A stretch of DNA of 64,000 bases, taken from an uncultured delta proteobacterium. GTDB lineage: Bacteria; Desulfobacterota; Binatia; UBA9968. The notes beneath the pieces were generated by a model, which saw only the letters and a list, made by a program, of their open reading frames with translations, searched no databases and had not been told where the DNA came from. Shown here in pieces: positions 60,931-64,000 of this stretch (within the stretch, counting starts at the first letter, position 1; each line of letters starts with the position of its first letter). Position numbers and translations under genes: made by a program. The stretch spans positions 101,910 to 165,909 of the forward strand of contig CAVWLW010000026.1 of the NCBI GenBank assembly GCA_963755715.1, in the 5' to 3' direction.

Positions 60931-61788
60931 CTAATTCAATGAAACCGGACTCGTCACTTCCCACCAATTACGATCCGGATCGCTCAAGATAAACGTTAGC
61001 GCGCCGCGGCTCTCGTTCAGTTCTCCGAGCTCGGTCATGCCCAAACTTGCGCCTGAGTCCTTCAGCCATCGATGGGCGGCGTGCACCGCGTCGACGGATT
61101 CCACGGTAATCGTATAACGTTGCAGCGGCGTGAGGAGCTTGCGCTCCGCCGCCGGTTTCTCCAAGCTCACGACGTACCACGGTGTCGACGGGTGCTTAAT
61201 GTAATGGGGCGCGACGCTCCGCGACGGCGAGACCACGTCAAGTCCGAGCACTTCCGTATAAAACCGTCGTGATGCGTCGAGGTCGAGGCAGGTGATCGTG
61301 CCGTGGGTCAACGCCTGCGGAATATATCCTCGCCCCGGGAAGCGTTCGGCGTCCAGGGGGGTTTTCCAAGGGACGCTCACATTGGCGCCCATGCCCACTT
61401 TGACCGCCAGTTCGTAGGACTCGATTTCCCACGTGTTGCCGCCCGGCTCGATGAAGTGAACCGAATGCGCCAGATGGCGGTTTTGCAGCTTGTCGACTTC
61501 CACCAGGCCGAACTCGTGCTGTTTGGACAGAAGGTATTCCCGGGCGTTGTCCACTTCCTTGTTGGTCGCCACGCGGACGCCGTAATGATTCCAGCGCGGC
61601 TTGTCCGGCGCGTCCGGCCCGCCCTCATGAACGACGAGCAGCCAACCGGTATTGGGATGCCGCACGATAGCGTTCCCGTCGGCTTCTCCCACGACCTCGA
61701 AAGCTAAAAGATTCGTCAAGATCGGCAAGGTGTCCTTGAAGCTGCGGCACTCGTAATGTCCGTGCGTAAGACCAGTGGGTTTAATCAT
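60931..61788 (-). CDS. Two-domain VOC family protein, paralog 2
   Basis: MIKPTGLTHGHYECRS..NHYGVRVAT..HSVHFIEPGGNTWEIE..THGT..SDPDRNWWEV. Confidence 0.85.
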   Translation of the reverse strand: MIKPTGLTHGHYECRSFKDTLPILTNLLAFEVVGEADGNAIVRHPNTGWLLVVHEGGPDAPDKPRWNHYGVRVATNKEVDNAREYLLSKQHEFGLVEVDKLQNRHLAHSVHFIEPGGNTWEIESYELAVKVGMGANVSVPWKTPLDAERFPGRGYIPQALTHGTITCLDLDASRRFYTEVLGLDVVSPSRSVAPHYIKHPSTPWYVVSLEKPAAERKLLTPLQRYTITVESVDAVHAAHRWLKDSGASLGMTELGELNESRGALTFILSDPDRNWWEVTSPVSLN

Positions 61789-61938
61789 CGGCGCCTCCCG
61801 TTCGACGAACTGTCAAGCGAGCTATCTGCCGGCGAGTTATATTACGGCCATAGCAACCAAAGCAACTCAGCCCGTGCGCTTTGGCTTTTGGAGATGCCCG
61901 GCGGACACAAAACCAATTCATCGTAGAACATGTTCGTG

Positions 61939-62976
61939 TCACCTTGTCGTGGTCATCGGTCGGTCGCGGTACAGGTTGTCGATGAAACCACTGCGGTCGA
62001 CGCGCTCCACCAACCGCAGGTCGAACAGACGTTCCGGCGTGACTTTGCTCGCCGCTGGATTTTGGCTTGCAACTTCACGAATCACCAGTTCCATACCTTT
62101 TGCCGACGGATAAGGCTTGACGGGAAAGATGCGCTCGGCGTAGACGACCCAGCCTTGCTTCATGGCGTCGATGTCGGCGCCCTTTAGATAGGCGTTCATG
62201 ATTCGTACCGATTCGTCCCGGCGCGTCTTGAAGAAGTGCAGGCCTTCGGCGACCGCCCGTATGACGCGCAATGCGGTGTCTTCTTGAGCGATGAAATCCT
62301 CCGTCATGGCCATCACCGAACCCTGATATTCGACGTTCTTTGTCGTGAGGTCGACCAAGAGATTAAAGCCTTCCTTTTTTCCGCGCACGACCTCGGCCGG
62401 GCCGACGACCGCGGCCTGGATCACGCCGGCGCGAAGCGCATTGAAACGGTCCGGACCGCTCCCGACTTGAATCATCGCGATGTCCCGGTCCGGGTCGAGG
62501 CCGAGTTCTTTGGCAGCGATCCGGGTGGCAAGCTCGGACGAATCGTTGAAGCGGCTGATGCCGACGCGCTTGCCCTTCAACTGCGCCCCGCTGGTGATGT
62601 CGGGCGCGGCGATGACCGTATACAGGAGCGTGTTGATCACGCCAGCGACGATCTTCAGGCGCGCTCCGCTCAGATGACTGGTGACGATGCCCGAGGCGCT
62701 GACGATGCCGACGGGAAAAGAGCCGGCAAGCATGGCTTGCACGGACAAACTCCCGCGCGCAAGGCTCAAAGATACGTCGAGTCCATGTTTTTGGAAGATG
62801 CCGGCATTTTGCGCAACCCAGATCGGCCCCGACCCGACGCTCAGATTATTGTAGACCATGTTGAGCGCGACGCGCTTTTGGCTCGGTTGCGCCGGCGCAT
62901 TCACTGCAGAAAGAATCAAAAGACCGGCGAAACCCCATGCGCACAGCCTGCTCGATATTATCTTGGCGGTTTTCAT
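61939..62976 (-). CDS. ABC substrate-binding protein, NMT1/SsuA family
   Basis: PIWVAQNAGIFQKHGLDV, QLKGKRVGISRF and LFDLRLVERVDRSGFIDNLY motifs. Confidence 0.87.
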   Translation of the reverse strand: MKTAKIISSRLCAWGFAGLLILSAVNAPAQPSQKRVALNMVYNNLSVGSGPIWVAQNAGIFQKHGLDVSLSLARGSLSVQAMLAGSFPVGIVSASGIVTSHLSGARLKIVAGVINTLLYTVIAAPDITSGAQLKGKRVGISRFNDSSELATRIAAKELGLDPDRDIAMIQVGSGPDRFNALRAGVIQAAVVGPAEVVRGKKEGFNLLVDLTTKNVEYQGSVMAMTEDFIAQEDTALRVIRAVAEGLHFFKTRRDESVRIMNAYLKGADIDAMKQGWVVYAERIFPVKPYPSAKGMELVIREVASQNPAASKVTPERLFDLRLVERVDRSGFIDNLYRDRPMTTTR

Positions 62977-62986
62977 ATTCTCTGCA

Positions 62987-63835
62987 CTAGCTGGCGGCCG
63001 CGATGATTTCCCAGCAATTTCCATCGGGATCGCTCAAGAGAAAGGAGAGATCCTTGGACTCCTCCAGCAACGGTGCGGGCGGCGCGACTTCCAAGCTTGC
63101 GGCATTTTTACTGAGCCAGCGATGCGCCGCGGCTACCGCGTCGGCAGATTCGAGCGCGAGAGTGAAGCGCTCGCGCGCGCTTGAAGGAACGCGGCTTTTG
63201 CCGGGCATCTGGAGACAAACGATATACCACGAGCTGGCAGGATGCTTGATGTAATAGGGATCGGCGTCGGGAAAGGGATGCATGACCTCGAGACCCAAAG
63301 CGCTGCGATAAAAACTTCTTGCCTTCTCCAGATTGCCGCAAGACGTCGTCCCATGACTCAAGCATTGCGGCACATACCCTCTGTCCGGAAAACGGCTATC
63401 CGAAAACCTGCTTCGCCAAGGAGACGCGATCGCATCGCTCAGTCCGTGTTTCTTAGCGCCTCCTTCGTAGGACTCGATTTCCCAATAGTTGCCGCCCGGT
63501 TCCACGAAATGAACTGAGTGCGCGATGCGCCGGGTCTCGGGCGGAATGATCTTCAGGCCGAGCTCTTGTTTTCTTTTGCACAGATAATCGTAGGCGTTGT
63601 CGACTTCCTGATCGGTGGCGACGCGAACGCCATAGTGATGATAGTGCGGCTTGTCCGGAGCCTGGGGAGTTTCGTGCAGCACCAAAAACCAATCGGTATT
63701 GGGATGCTTCATGATCGTGCCGCCGTTCCCTTCGGAAACCACCTCGAGCGCCAACAATTCCTGAAGGATCGGCACGCTCTGATCGAGCGAGCGACACTCA
63801 TAGTGGCCGTTCACCAGGGCAACAGGTTTGATCAC
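62987..63835 (-). CDS. Two-domain VOC family protein, paralog 1
   Basis: MIKPVALVNGHYECRS..HHYGVRVAT..HSVHFVEPGGNYWEIE..SHGT..SDPDGNCWEI. Confidence 0.85.
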   Translation of the reverse strand: MIKPVALVNGHYECRSLDQSVPILQELLALEVVSEGNGGTIMKHPNTDWFLVLHETPQAPDKPHYHHYGVRVATDQEVDNAYDYLCKRKQELGLKIIPPETRRIAHSVHFVEPGGNYWEIESYEGGAKKHGLSDAIASPWRSRFSDSRFPDRGYVPQCLSHGTTSCGNLEKARSFYRSALGLEVMHPFPDADPYYIKHPASSWYIVCLQMPGKSRVPSSARERFTLALESADAVAAAHRWLSKNAASLEVAPPAPLLEESKDLSFLLSDPDGNCWEIIAAAS

Positions 63836-64000
63836 GGAAGTCTCCCGACTGCGAGAAAGTCTTACGTTCTCACCGCGAATTTAGCGGCCAAGCTTTATAC
63901 GGTCGAGAAAGTTTGTCAATCGATCCGGGCATCGATTGAGCTCGATGCTATCTGCTCTGGGCGCTCGACTGCACCTTCCTCAGCAAGCTCATATCCTCCA

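Noticed and set aside
1-64000. CRISPR array, transposase, integrase, phage or defence genes
   Set aside because: No regularly spaced 25-40 nt direct repeats and no ORF with DDE, tyrosine/serine recombinase, capsid or nuclease motifs were recognised.
1-64000. Numerous long antisense or alternate-frame ORFs in the track (e.g. 15755..16699, 46175..47209, 47337..48167, 51689..52438, 59789..60547, 62236..63006)
   Set aside because: Shadow ORFs typical of high-GC coding DNA. They are Arg/Ala/Pro-rich, carry no motifs and fully overlap well-supported genes.

Overview
A GC-rich, metabolism-dense chromosomal window with about 60 genes. I found no rRNA, tRNA, CRISPR array, transposase or phage gene. 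The gene content resembles Candidatus Binatia/Binatota (inference only): many orphan solute-binding proteins, amidohydrolases, LLM oxidoreductases, UbiD, hydantoinase A/B, LigAB, gentisate dioxygenase, TTT transporter and VOC enzymes. About 20 otherwise intact genes carry 1-nt indel frameshifts, most likely long-read consensus errors. Main highlights: (1) an operon of three paralogous two-domain VOC metalloproteins linked to two binding proteins and a complete Fe3+/AfuABC-like ABC transporter; (2) about 19 binding proteins but only one ABC permease/ATPase pair and one TctAB; (3) a recurring TTGACA-N18-TANNNT-N7..9-ATG leaderless-promoter layout; (4) a small tandem C-x8-C-x19-C-x3-H protein; (5) a LigB-like and a maleate-isomerase-like enzyme that lack their canonical catalytic residues; (6) several families of intergenic palindromes and structured elements. 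All family assignments come from motif recognition by eye; no database search was run.
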